The notes under the pieces are model-generated. The model ran no database searches, had not been told where the DNA came from, and worked only from the letters and a program-made list of their open reading frames with translations. A program made the translations under genes and the position numbers. Shown in pieces: positions 42,130 to 55,340 of a stretch of 64,000 nucleotides of DNA. Position 1 is the first letter of the stretch, and each line of letters starts with the position of its first letter. This stretch comes from the human T2T-CHM13v2.0 reference genome, Homo sapiens, in assembly GCF_009914755.1 (NCBI RefSeq), contig NC_060939.1; one strand, given 5' to 3'.

Positions 42130-42700
42130 TTGCCCCAGGTGTGCCAGTAATCAGCTGTGTGACCCCAAATGAGTCACTGCACCTCTCTGGGCTGTTCTTT
42201 GATGAGAAGGAGCTAGAATCACTTCTCAAGCAGGTGGTCTCGCTTGAGAAGAGGACATGGGCCTGAAGGCCTGAGTTTGAGTTTTCCAGCAGCATCCACC
42301 AGCCATGGGACTAACAGAAGAACCTTAACAGCTTCTCTAGGCCTTAGCTTCCCCATTTGTAAAAGGAGGTTGACTGACAGTCCTGCAGTTTGAAAGCCAA
42401 ATCAGGATCCTAGTTCAGGTCTCTTGCAGCTCTGGAAAGTTCTACAGTGATTCCAAGCAAGAGCAGACATGAGCAGGGAGGGGTGCGTCCTAGTGCTCTC
42501 AGCACCTGCCACAGTGCGGATATCAATAAACATTCGATAACTAATCTATGATTGGATCAATGAATCAGTGAACAAGTTCCTGCATTTGCGAGAGGGAACT
42601 GAAGACGGTGGTGGTGGGAAGAGACTTGCCGAAGGTCACACAGCTGATCATAGCAGAGCTAACCCCAAATCCAGCACTCATCCCACTCCACCATGCTCCC
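42130..42700. mobile_element. MIR/MIR3/L2 fragment cluster
   Basis: agctgtgtgacc; ccttagcttccccatttgtaaaagg; cagcacctgccacag...tcaataaacatt; gacttgccgaaggtcacacagct. Confidence 0.6.
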
Positions 42701-43529
42701 AAGAAAGGGAAAGGAGGCCCTGAGCAGCACCTCCGGTGGGGGCTAGGCCAGGCCGAGGCAGCCTGCGGACAGGGGATGAGATTCCCTTTGGAGCATGCTG
42801 GATTAGGCCCCGGAATCCACCAGCCCCTCAGTCTACTCCCTGTCCAGCCCATTCACCAAGCCCCTGTCCCATGGGGTGCTTCTCGGGTGCAGACAGAAGG
42901 GCTGGCTGCCCAGCAGCTGGCCAGGCTCTCTCCCTGGCACCTCCTTCAGGCTTTCTTACAGGTATTTACTTTCCTCCTACAAAGATGTGCACAGAGGAGG
43001 CAACTAATGACAGAGGCAGAGCGAGATGCCTCAGGAAAGCTTCCGGAAGTTGACTTTCTTCTCTCCAGGGACCTCTGCTGGGAAGTCACAGCCTGATCCT
43101 ATTCTATTCTCTCTACCTGCTTTCCTGGGCCCTCAGAAACTGTTTTCACCAGCCCTGTCTCCCCAGGACTCAGGGGACTTTGGCAGAGACCATTCCTTAC
43201 CTCCTAGTGAGCTTTTAACAAAGCTCACCCTCATTCACCGTGTCCTTTGATCCCAGAAGAGCCTGTTACAGATGAGGACCCCGAGGTGGGACTCAGGAGG
43301 GTAGGAAGTTTCAGTGGCAGAGTGGGGACCAGGAGGGGACAGAGGGGGCAAGAGGCACCTCAGCCTTTCCTCCGGGTCCTCCTCTGTCCAGGAGGAGCTA
43401 CAAAGGCAGAAATCAAAGCTCCCCCATCAGAGAGCTCAGGGCAGAGGCTCCAGGTGGGGATATAGGGAGGGGGAGACACTCCTTCTGGAGGGAACATCTC
43501 GTTCCTGCTCCCAGCACACACGGACACTA

Positions 43530-43720
43530 AGCCACTATGCCCACCCTGGCTGCGCATTAGAATGGCCTGACGAACATTTTTCAACTCTCAATGCTGTGAC
43601 CTCATTCCCAGCCAACGAGGTGGGAGGGGTCAACTAGGTGTGGGTGGAGCTGGGCATCGGTGTTGTCCAAAAGCTCCCCCAGGTGATTCCAATGAGCAGC
43701 CAAGATGGAGAACCACCCAC
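43530..43720 (+). mobile_element. MER5A-like MITE
   Basis: ccctggctgcgcattagaat...aagctcccccaggtgattccaatgagcagccaagatggagaaccac. Confidence 0.65.
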
Positions 43721-44239
43721 CAGGAGCTCCCTGAGAGCAAGGGCATCAACAGGAAAGCCCACCAAGGGGATGACCTTGTTCTTTCTTCGTCTCTTTCTCC
43801 CTTCCCACCCCACAGCACAGGTACCCAGCATGGGTACCCCCTTCCTGCCAATATCCTAGTTCTTCCCTGGAATCACAAGTGTCCCCCAACCCATCAAAGT
43901 GTCAGTGGGTGGCAGAAATATGGGCCCTCTAAGCCATTAGTGAAGTTGCCTGTTACATCCAAAAGGCCAGCTAGGCCCAGGTGAAAGGGAAAGGCGACAT
44001 CACTCTAACAGGAATGCCCACTGACCCCTCCCCTTAGCAGCTATACAGCAACAGGCACAGGGCAGAGAGGTTCATAGCTCCCCCAGCCACCCCGGGGCTG
44101 GTACAAGTGCCCTGGGCACCAACCACCACCACCTGAGCCCAACCATAGACTGTCAATGAACAAACCTTTACCTGCACCTCTGCAGGCAGGTGCCGTAGCA
44201 TCCATGGCAGATCCTATCTGTAGAGACAAACCTGTTCAT

Positions 44240-44365
44240 CCTTCTCTCTCCCTATCTATCTCCTCAGCCATTATGTACTGAGTGCCTCTGATATGCCAGG
44301 CACTGAAGATACAACAGTGAATGAAGTAGACACTGTTTCTCCCCATAGAGCTTATCCACTGTAAG
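44240..44365 (-). mobile_element. L2 3' end
   Basis: tactgagtgcct...atgccaggcactgaagatacaacagtgaatga. Confidence 0.8.
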
Positions 44366-45129
44366 CCCCATTATACAGATTAGGGGAATGAGGCTCAAAG
44401 AGGAGTGATGGCAGAGCAGGCGCCGATCCAGAATTCCCGGACAGCCCTGCTGTAGAATACCTGCCCAAGTCCTTCTCTCCAGTCCCACAGTGAAAAGCAG
44501 CCAGACCCTCCTGCAAGGATAGGAGAGCAGAACTCACTTAGCAGAGGCCTGAGCTGAGAGCAGGCCCAAGCCCCAGAGCCTCGAGGTCTCCACATCTGAT
44601 GGTGTCTGTTCTCCCTCCCTCTCCCTCTTCTAATGATAACTCTGTGAGCTGCAATGAAATTCACCTTAATAAGCACTCATTAGAAATATGCTAATGGGGA
44701 GGAAGCTGATATCATATGCCCTAAAACCCAAAGGGAAAAGGAGGTAAAAAAAAAAAATTCAATATTGGGTTTTGTCTCATTTCAAAGCCACTTACAAAGT
44801 GGCCATAAATCTTCTGTGAGACATGACATAACGAGGAGCTGCCAGCAGCTCGGACATTAATAATTAGCTATAGCCAGGTGCTGAACTGGATGCATTTGGC
44901 TTTGGAGTTCTTACTACAGGGAGAGAGAGGGAAGGTGCATAGACTAGGACCTGGGTGCCATCCCCAGCCTCACACCTGCATATCTGGAAGGGTAGGGGGC
45001 TGGGCCGAAGCTTGTGGCTGTGAGAGGCTACAATATGTGCCAGAAAGGCAAGGCTCAAATAACGGAGATGGGGATGAGCACACACACTTTGCTGGGTCCT
45101 TGGCAGGACCCTGTGAGGGAGGCATCTGG

Positions 45130-45650
45130 CTCCATGTTGTGGTTAAGGAAATGTGCTCTGGAGTCAGAGCTGGTCTGAACCACAAACCAGCTCTGCTAAT
45201 TACTAGCTGAGTGACTCCGGACAAATGACTTAATCTTGCGGGGGATCTGTTTCCTCACCTGCAAATGGAGATAGCAATTGTATCCATTGTGAAAATTAAA
45301 TGAGATAATTACACACGGTATCTGGAACATTGTAAAAACTCACCAAAGGTAGCTGCTATTACCGTTGGGCGCACAGTAAACAGAAGCTACTGTTTACACT
45401 GCTGCTTCCTTCAGTTTCCTTAAACCTCTCTTCACAGCCACCCAGAAAAGCCCCTGGGTGTTGTGTCATATCCTTTTTGGGTTTTTAATTTGCTGGGTGA
45501 TTTTGGGAAATTGACTTAACTTCTCTGATCCTTCACTGCCCGTTCTACAAAGTGAGGATGATAATTCCTGCTCTGATCTACCTCTAGGGTGGTTGTAAAG
45601 ATCAAAAAGATAACGCAAGTGAAAGTGCTTTGAAATGTATACTAAATGAT
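45130..45650 (+). mobile_element. Two MIRs (45130-45365; 45490-45650)
   Basis: gtggttaagg...ctctggagtcaga...tttcctcacctgcaaatggagata; ttgacttaacttctctga...aaagtgctttg. Confidence 0.85.
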
Positions 45651-46739
45651 ACATGTTCAGGGAATTATCCTCATTCACCTCCAGCGGGAAGGCTGTTCTA
45701 GATGCCATGGTTTGCCTCCCCTCTCCCGGCTGCAAGGGACTCTCTCTCCCGAGACCTCACAGGAAGAGTCTACATTTCTTCTAGACAACAGTGTCAGCAG
45801 ACTACAACTTTTAATTCCTACAGATGTCTAACTGAAGTTCCCAGGAGAGATGGAGATAAACCAAAGGCCACCGTTTGGATGGGATGGCCTCATCATCTGG
45901 AACGAGTTGTTTTTCATTCCCAATAAGACACGGATTGGTGCATGCCTTCCCGTGGCTCTGCCACGTGTGACTCACCACGCACGCCGACACCTCCCACAGA
46001 GGCCTCTATCCTGATCAGTGTGGGGACCCCGCTGAGCACAGGCTTGGATGTTGGATCCGTGTCAAGTTGTCATGAAGTGTCTAAGGACTCTCTCTCAATT
46101 CTGTCCCGATCTCACTGTGGACAGCGGCCTGTGCGCTGGCATCAGTCCACGGAGGCACACGCCGAGTAGCTGGAAGGCAGTGGGGGCAGAGGGACAAAAC
46201 GGGGTCCTCGGCCTGGGTCCTGCATTGTCTGCATTGTTGGTGAAGGTAGGCACCTTCTCAGGGGGGTGTCTTATTGCCTCACCCTTGTACCTGCTCTTTG
46301 CCCATCTCCTCTGCCTTTGTTTTATCTTACTGCTTCCTACAGGTTCCCATAATGCCCCCACTTGCTCACTCAGTACCACTCCTGAAGCCATTCTCTCCAA
46401 GGCAGGCATAATGTGGACACCATTCCTCACTGGGAATTGGGGATAAACGGTAGCCCAATTGTAGCCGCTAGGTCCCTGGATTGTCTCCTGAGTCTCTTCT
46501 GCTGCCACTGACACCCAAAAGTGAGCCTCAGGCATGTCACATGCTCCAAAGCCCCAGTCTAACTGTTGTTGTCCCTAAACCACCACCTCCCACAGAAGCC
46601 CAGTCCATATCAATCTGGCTCCCACCCTAGTCCCTCCTCCTAAATTCTGACTCATGACCCCTCCCCAAATGGCACCTTACATGGTTGCGCAGCCCAGGGC
46701 CCTTGCCAGCCTCCTCCCAGGGAGTAAAGCCATGCCCTT

Positions 46740-47280
46740 CATCCAGTCATTCACTCAAGACAGAAGTACCTACTAAGTGCCAGGCGTCAGGCAAGGCCCT
46801 GCACATGTAACACGTCAAGTCATATTCTAACGGGAAAGAGAATAACATTACCAGAAAACCACAGACCCTGTGGTTTGGTCTCCTCCCTTTGGAGACCTAG
46901 ACTTCAAGGCCATTGCCACGGTTGCTGGGAGGGAACACTGGCCAGAGGAAGGGGCACACATGCTGAGACCTGAAGGAGGCAGATGTGCTAACCAGGTAGG
47001 GCAACAGTGCTCCGGGCAGAGTGGGTGCCAAGGCCTGGAGGTGAGAAAGAGCAGGTGCACCGAGGCAGCAGAAGTGGCTCTTTCTCACCTAGGAACTCTA
47101 GGAACAGAGTTTGAGGAAGCAGGTGGTGCCTTCTGAGCTGGAGGGGGGCTCAGCCCCAGAACACAACACACCTTGTGAGCCAGGACTGTTCTGAGATAAA
47201 TGGGCAGCCATTCAAAGGTTTTAAGCAAGGGACCAATCTGGCCAGAGTTGTGTTTTCAAAAGGTCCTTTTCTGATTAAAA
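46740..47280 (-). mobile_element. L2
   Basis: tcattcactcaa...tactaagtgccaggc...gccaaggcctggaggtgagaaagagc...cagccattcaaaggttttaagcaaggg. Confidence 0.75.
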
Positions 47281-47362
47281 ATAATTTTTAAGTGGAAAAA
47301 AGTGAATGCTCATTAATAGGGGAATGATGTTTTAATGATGGACATTCACACCATGGACGATT

Positions 47363-47406
47363 TGGAGCCATGCATGGGAGCCATGCATAGGAAGAATGCA
47401 TGGGAG
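47363..47406 (+). repeat. 13-bp tandem repeat, about 3.4 copies (ggagccatgcatg)
   Basis: ggagccatgcatg ggagccatgcata ggaagaatgcatg ggagc. Confidence 0.8.
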
Positions 47407-48689
47407 CAATATTGGCTGACTTGGAGGGACTGCCAGGAGGTACCGGAGAGGGGGAAAAGGCCGAAGCCATCTAGTACAGTCCTGTATTTACGAAGCCAAT
47501 AATTGCCTATAAATGTGTACACGCGTGCATGTGTGTGTCTGTATATGGCTCTTAGTTATATGATACAAAGGATACATGGCAAAATGTTGGCAGGGACTCC
47601 CTGAGTGGGCAGGGGGTAATGATGTGATGTAGGGAAAAGAAAGGAGAGAGGCAAACTAGGAAAAAAAAACATTTAAAAGATTGAACTGAAAAATGAGCTT
47701 GAGACAATCCCACTTAGGTGAGATTATTTACGCAGAGACCTTCAGGTCTTATCTGCCCTGTTCTCTGGCCAGTGCCCCTTCCCAGGCTCCTTTGGCAATG
47801 GCCCCAGAATATCAAAAGCAGTTAGGAGAAAGAAAAGTCAGCACTCTCCCACTGGCTGAGATGAGCAAAGAGGGATCAGACAGGATGGGGCTGGGGCAGG
47901 AAGAACGACAGGAGGCTGCCACAGTGGGCCTGGGGCCCCAGGTCCCTCTGTGGTCAAATGTCCTGACACTCCAGCCAACCCCACATCCACCTCAGAGGCT
48001 GAGTAGCAATTGGGTTGCACAGGCTCTTTGGTCACTGTGTTCTTGCCCACCTCTTGCCTGCCCAGCCAGTGCCCCCTCTCTATCAGCCTGGGCAGTCTCT
48101 CCACATCTGTCCTGGCCCAGCTGTTGACAAGCACAGGGTTGAGGGTGGAGAGGGAGTGGGTAGGTCTGGTGCGGGGTCCCTGGTCGTCTTCCCTTCCCAC
48201 TGGAGTTCTGAGGTCTGATGTTCCTGTTAGAGCAGAGGCTGCTTAAGGCAGGAACCGTCTGTCCCACCACTTCACTCCCCTAGGGTCCCCCAAATGGCTG
48301 ATTCCTGGACATGGCTCTGCCATTGAATAGTAAGAGGACTTTTAACAAGCCAACCACCTCACCATTTGGGGCCTCAGTCTCCAGAGCTGTAAGGAGATGC
48401 TGAAAAGACCAGACAAGAGGAGGCAGGGCAGACACCCAGGACGGGATGGAGTCAAGGGTCTGCGCCCGGCAGGAGCACCTCCAGCCTCCTGCTCGCCCTT
48501 TGCCCCTGGCTCCCACTCAATGATCCTTTCTGGCCCCTCATCTTCCTTTCCTGCACAACCACGGCCACAGGCCCAGGCGCCCTGGAGATCTAGTGACAGG
48601 GAGCCTCTACTGGAAGAATCATAAACTCTCCAGATGCGTTCCAAAAGCCACATAGAGGAAAAGTCCTCTGTGGCATGGCGAGTCATAAC

Positions 48690-48890
48690 CCCAGACAGTC
48701 TAGATGGGCTTGGTTTCTGATTCTGCCTTCCTTGTGGCCTTGACCGTCACTTGATCTCTCCAACCCTTGGTTTCCACCTGCAAAGTGGGAATGTTAACAG
48801 AACCTACTTCAAGGGGTTCTTATGAGAACTGAATGAATCAATATAGGTAATCAGCCTAGCCTGGGGAAGAGGTATTTCTAACTATTATTG
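48690..48890 (+). mobile_element. MIR
   Basis: gtttccacctgcaaagtgggaatgttaacagaacctacttcaagggg. Confidence 0.75.
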
Positions 48891-50022
48891 GTGGTGGTGT
48901 CCATGGATCTCTTCAGCCTATCTTTCCACTGTCACACCCCCCTCCACCTCCCCAGCAGTTACCTTCCTGAGCTCTGAGCTGGACAGACCTCACTCTTCCC
49001 CCATCTCCATCAGCATCACGCAGAATACAACCCACTGGGGTTCAGACAAAATGTACTGAGTGAGAAGCTGACTGTCATGCAGTTACAAAGGTTAATTGCA
49101 GGATTCAACAAAAAGAGGGAGGGAGCCTGGCCCACTCATAAATACAGCCGATTAAGAAACAAGCATCATTTAATAATTATGCCACTGATAGAAATACACC
49201 ATCCACTTAGCAGTTTTAGAGCCCAGTGGGGAGGTTCACCTGAGACACTCCTGATGATGGCCACACCAGGGCTTCCCAGCCCCACCAGACCTCACTGGAG
49301 CATCACTCAGCACTGGGCTCTTCAGAAGCAGCAAGTGGCCTTGGGCCTAGAAGAACGCCCATCCCATTGCTCCCTGGAAGCAGTGCCTGCTGGACCCCTC
49401 GAGCTGTCCGTTAACAGCATCTGGCTAATTAAAGCGAGATGCTACATTTCACTCTTTGACTGAGTCAGAGCTGTGGCGGGAGCCTGGGAGAAGCAGCCCC
49501 CACATCCCAGCCGGCTCCCCCTTTCATGTGGCTCTGGGGAGACAAAGCTTCTCTGATCCCTTTGAAAGCTGTGGTCCCTCCAGCCCCCGAGCAGGGAGCC
49601 AGGCCACCCAGGGGAGAACGGCAGTTCAAAGCCAGCCTGGCGGGCATGGTGGGGTCCAGTTGGGATCAGGAATAATTAGGGCATTCCAGACCATAAGAAT
49701 CAATAACACAATTAACAAATATTGTGCTATTCCTCAGAATCTTGCTAGGAATTATGCTGTCTTTGATCATACAATGTTCCCTGACTGTTAATGACATGTA
49801 ATATTAATTACCGGAGAAAGGGAACTACTCAGAATGAAGACTTCCTTGGAGAGTAATTAATATTCTTTGAGGAGTCGCAGAGCCTGGGAGTGGGGCTTTT
49901 TCCCCCAATTGTGATGACATTAACTGCAGTAAGCCCACCCTCCCTGTCCATGGGCAAGCAGGCCTATCCCTTAAGGAAAGGGTGACTTACACATAGTAGG
50001 CATGTTAGAAAGACTTATTAGT

Positions 50023-50070
50023 GGAAGGAAGGAAGGAAGGAAGGAAGGAAGGAAGGAAGGAAGGAAGGAA
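50023..50070 (+). repeat. (GGAA)12 microsatellite
   Basis: Read directly; follows an L2-tail-like acatagtaggca. Confidence 0.95.
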
Positions 50071-50119
50071 GAAAGGAAGGGGTTCACCTGGGAATCTGTT
50101 AGAATTTTAGCATATGAGG

Positions 50120-50245
50120 GCAAGAACAGTCTTTGAATCATTATCTAGTCCAACCACCTCTTTTTTCAAATGGGGAAATTGAGGTCTAAAGAGAGGAAAG
50201 ATCACACCACTGCACTCCAGCCTGGGCAATAGAGCAATGCCCTGT

Positions 50246-50297
<52 letters not shown>

Positions 50298-50350
50298 GAA
50301 TTTTCCAAGGCCACACCCCTTGTCAGTGACTAAGGGTGAAAACTCAGGTC
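50120..50350 (-). mobile_element. MIR3 interrupted by a short Alu insertion
   Basis: atctagtccaacc...aaatggggaaattgagg ... ttccaaggccacac on either side of the insertion. Confidence 0.7.
50199..50292 (+). mobile_element. Severely 5'-truncated Alu (about 48 bp) with (GA)23 tail
   Basis: agatcacaccactgcactccagcctgggcaatagagc...ctgtc, then GA repeat 50247-50292. TSD agagaggaaaga at 50190-50201 and 50288-50299. Confidence 0.88.
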
Positions 50351-52715
50351 TCAGACAATCATCCCATCCCCTTGCCACCAGGATCACCCTGCTGAGCTCT
50401 CTAGAAGGTGAGAAGGATTCAAGGGGCAAGGAAGGAATGTCAAGGGACAAGGGCTGGGGAGGTCCCCTTTTTGCCTCTAAATGCATTCAGAATATTTCAG
50501 GAGTGTCCCACCTCCCACCTTTGAACTACTTGGAATTCCCTGAGTAGGAGAGGAGTGTCCTGACCAGCTGAGACACCCCCTAACCCTAACCCTAAAACAC
50601 AGGCTGCATGCGGAAAGCCACAAAGCCCTGACCAAAGTCCCCAGAAATGTCTCCTGCCCCTCAGACTCCTCCCTAGACCAGAAGGGAGGACAGAGCAAAG
50701 AGAGGACCAACACAACCTTCTTCCTCGGCACACACAAACGATCCCTGCCTTCTCCCTGAGCCACGTGGGGCTGAGCCACCTCGGGGGGAATTTAGACAGT
50801 GCACCCAAGGGAAGGTGGGGATGAGGGAGAGAACCCTGAGTGTGGGGTTGGGACACTGGCTCCAAGTTCCACTCTGCCACCAGTCACGGACAGATCCCTC
50901 CCCATCTCTGGGCCTGGGTTTCTTAATCTGTCAAGGAAGCTCACCACACCAGACAATCCCTACATCTCCTTCCAGGCTGATATCCCTAGATTCTGAAATG
51001 ATAGGAGAAATCCCAGTCTCCTGATCTTCTAAGGAGTCCTCAGTTTCCCTTCCTGCTTCCTAGAGCAAAGACTTCTCCCAGGAAGAACAGGTCATTAGCT
51101 CTGGTTGACTCTTGTTTCCAGCAGACAAGAGCTCCCAGTAGCTGTGGGAGGGTCATCCCCAGGGAGCCCCAGACCCACTTCCCCCTTCTTCCTGGGAGCC
51201 AGAAACAAGCTCCCAGCTCCGTTCGCAGCAAGACAGACCGCTGACCCTGGGAGGGTAGGATAAGAAGGGGAGCAGGGCTGGCTCCCTCCCCACCCGGCTG
51301 CTGCCCAGATGCTCTTCATCAGTGCCTGGCTCCCAGCCTGAAAGCAATCATAGGCATTGAGTGGCACAATGGCCTGCCATGGGGCGGGGGGCAGGGTGTG
51401 CAGGCAGATGCAGCAGCACCGCCCTTCACCCCTCCCACCTGCCCAGCTCCAGGTTCCAAGGCCCCAGCCTCGGCGCCTCTCCTCCTACTTCCTGGGTTTT
51501 CATTCCAGGAGCTCTAGCGCCACCTTGCCCACCTGCTCTTCCAGCTCTCAGCCCCTCATGGGCACTGCCAGCTTCTCCAGGAAACATGGGCCTGTCACCA
51601 GGGATGGAGAGGTAGTGTCTCGGTGTCCCCACTTATGAATATGAACCCACCTTGGTCTCAAGTCTCACCTTTCCCTCAATGCATCCCTAGTGCCCTCAGA
51701 GGGTAGGAAGGGCAAGAAAGAGGGTCCCTGGTTTTCAGAGACAAAGATAAAGGGTATGAGCAGCTCATGAAGGAACTGGGCATGGATCCCAGACTCCCCC
51801 CTCCTCCTCACCCTTCCTCTCACTGATTCGGGACTTTGCGGTGTAAGTCACCTCTCAGCATCACCTTCTAGGCAGATAAACAGAAATTATTCTGCAACTC
51901 GCTTATCCAGAAGCATAGGCTGACCCTTGATATCTGACCCCTGATATCTGAAAGGCCTTGCCAGGGGTCCTGTGGGTAGGACAGGGTTTGTCCCCTGAAA
52001 CCTTCATCCCTTGGCCCAGTGGGGGATGTGACCATGCTTCTCTCTGGACCATTATGTGGATAAGATCTCTGTGGAGAGAAGCACTGGTCTGAAACCTCCC
52101 CTTCCTTGACAGGAGAATGCAGAGCGAGGGGCACATGAGACTCTCCCCCTGCTGTCCTCCCACTGTGGCCTGTGGATGCACATGGCCGGATGGCAGTGGG
52201 TGGCCAGCACGCTTCCTGAGGCCAGCCTGCCCAATTGGCAGTGGTGACCCAGAGCCCAGGACATGGCCCCAGGACCGGGCATGGGAGGGTATCCAGGCTG
52301 AAGGAGGCTGCCCCTCCCCGCCGAAGCCACCGCTTGCTCACATGCAGCCCTCCTGGGCCTTGTGTGTACTGCCATGCCGGTCCCGCCTTGACAGCCCTCT
52401 CCCCTGCTCTCCGCTCCTTCCCTTCTCCTCCAGGACCCTGCTCCAACACCTCCAGCCCCACCTTCTGTCCCCCAATGGAGAGCCTTTAATGGACACACCA
52501 TCCTTCCACACTCAGTCCTTTTTGCTTCCCACCCAGTCTCTAAACTTCTCACAAAGGGCCCTGGTTTCTGTGGCTCCCACACTCCCCACAGCACTAACAG
52601 AGCTCACTTGGAGCCAAACAGGTGATCAACAAAAGCTCTTTAGTGGATGGGCTGGTCCCATCTCAAGGCAAGCTCTCCATGGCTTACCCAACGCCCATGA
52701 AAGAAAGCAGTTCTG

Positions 52716-53169
<454 letters not shown>

Positions 53170-54424
53170 TTAGAATCAGGAACCTGGGTCCAGCTTTGGG
53201 TCTGTCTTCCCACTCTACTCCCCGGGCACTCTGCTGCTTCTCTGAGCCTCAGTCATCTTACCTGGCAGGGAGGCAGACAGGGTCACACGGGCTCGTGCAT
53301 ATTAAGCACCTGGGCAACAGTGGGCCCTCCCCAAATGCAGCTCCCCTCATCCCCCCACTGGCTGGCTCTGGGTTCCAATCTGGGCCCTGGTGACGGGTAT
53401 CAACAGCTGCAGGGGGGCACTGCACAGCTCCCCGAGCATGGCCACCCTTGCAGCTGGGCTGCCACTAGCCCCTCAGTGGTCTGCTTCTCCAAAGACAGGC
53501 AAAAACAAACAAAAAAAACCCTTCTCTGACACCCACCAATGAGCAGCTTTGCGTGAGACAGGCAGCCCAGCAGTGCCAGCAGGTGTGGCTGGAGTAAATG
53601 ATAGTGTAACCCTTGCTACCCGAAACAACAACATCATAACTGTCAGAGCAATTTTCCACATCAGTAGTTTAACACCTGAACTGTTGCTTCACTCCATTCT
53701 CCCTCCCCAACCTCGCGCTCGCTCGCCCACACTCCATTCTGCTGTACTGAAGTCGGCCCAGCTCTCAGCCATCTCTTCTGGGATCTGCAGCAAAGAGTAC
53801 TTGCCCCGCAAGAGCCAAGGGGCTGCGAAATTAATCAGCACATGGGCTCTTCGGAGCAGAGAGGGAAGGAAAAACCCGGGGGCTCAAATACCCAATCCAG
53901 CATCTGTCAACATCTGGGTTATAAATAATCCAGGGATTTAACAGTGATTCCAACATTAGATGCCTTCAACACACCATCATAAAGATGCAGTTATTAACTT
54001 TTATTTACTGGGATTGTATTTATTTTCCTAGAATGAAAGGCAAAGTGCTGGAGGGACGTGCAAGACAGAGACACTTCTAAAATGCCGTCTGTCTGTTGGA
54101 GACCTGCCAGAGAAAGACGCACACACCTGGGTGGTAGTCAAAATCTTTAACAACTAGGGGGGCAAAGGAACCAACCAGCCACCCCTGTTGGGCCAGGAGG
54201 TAACCTTTTCAGTTGATGAACCTTGGTGGGGTCTCAGTGGGGGAAGGGAAGGGCCCAGGTGGCAGGGAGGCAGCTATGTTCCAACCAATATTCAAGTGTT
54301 TCAATATTTGCACAACCTTCACACATGCGCCTTCCTACCCTGGTTTCTCTAGCAGGTTTTCCCCAAGGAACCATCAAGCTCTCTGAGAGCCAACAAGATT
54401 CCCTTCAGGGGAAACTGAAGGCCA

Positions 54425-54580
54425 AATTAGAATCACAGAGTCAGGATGTCAGAGTTGGAAGGGATCATATTCAGATGCTGTTGGCCAAGTCTTCAGTTGA
54501 CAAATGTGGAAACTGAGGCTGCTCAAGGTCACTGTGTGATTTATGAGCAGGTCCTGAATGAGACCCTGGCCCCTGACTTC
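54425..54580 (-). mobile_element. MIR3
   Basis: agagttggaagggatc...acaaatgtggaaactgaggctgctcaaggtcac. Confidence 0.7.
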
Positions 54581-54919
54581 CTGGTCAGTTCTGGCTGTCC
54601 TGGCGCTGTGCCTCAGTGTTGCAAGGTCACCCCCTGTGCAGTAATCAGGTGGGTTGGGAGACACACATGGTGATGCCCCCCACCCCCCGCTATGGGGTAA
54701 GGGCTCAGAGGCAAGACAGGAGGGAGAGCCCTCGGCTGTAGAATTTGCCTCAGAGTGAGGGCGGGGAGAGTGGGGCAGGAAAGAGGCCGGGTGAACCCTA
54801 AGAGACCGGGTTCTCTGAGCCTGGGAAGAAAACACACCCCAAATTTAGGATGGGGTGCACACAGAGGTGAAGGGCTCAGGTAGGCACTCCCTTGCTGACT
54901 TCCTCCAGTCTCCCGGCCT

Positions 54920-55340
54920 TAAATAGCTTCTATTATACAGGGACCACTCCCAAACTTATCATTCAGGTTGGGCTTTGTCCAGAGCTCCAGACTCATGTTT
55001 CCAGCGTCCTACTCAATCTCTCCATGTGGAAGTCTAATAGAAACCTCGATTTAACATGACCCAAACCTGATCTCCCCCATAAGCCTGTCCCTCTTTCAAC
55101 CTCTCCAATTTCAGTGACTTGGGCCAAGAAACTTAGCCTTGATTTTTCTCTTTATCTCACCTCCCTCATCCCAACCCTCAGGAAATTCTGTCAGCTCAAC
55201 CTTGAAGATGGAGCCCAAGTCTGTGTTCTTCTTCCCCACTCCACTGCTGCAGCCCGCTCCTGGCCACGCCAGCTATCACCTGGATTAGAGTAATCACTTA
55301 CTCATGGGTCTTGTTTCCACCCTTACCCCTTTTCCAGGCA
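54920..55340 (+). mobile_element. L2
   Basis: agagctccagactcat...tctccatgtggaagtctaatag...aaattctgtcagctcaaccttgaa...tcacctggatta. Confidence 0.8.

Noticed and set aside
44330-44400. Possible L2-derived miRNA hairpin (miR-28/708 type)
   Set aside because: Only a 5-6 bp stem; the right part is a MIR fragment rather than an inverted L2.
47363-47406. RBFOX UGCAUG sites in the 13-bp tandem repeat
   Set aside because: About 20 kb from the nearest exon and explained by local duplication.
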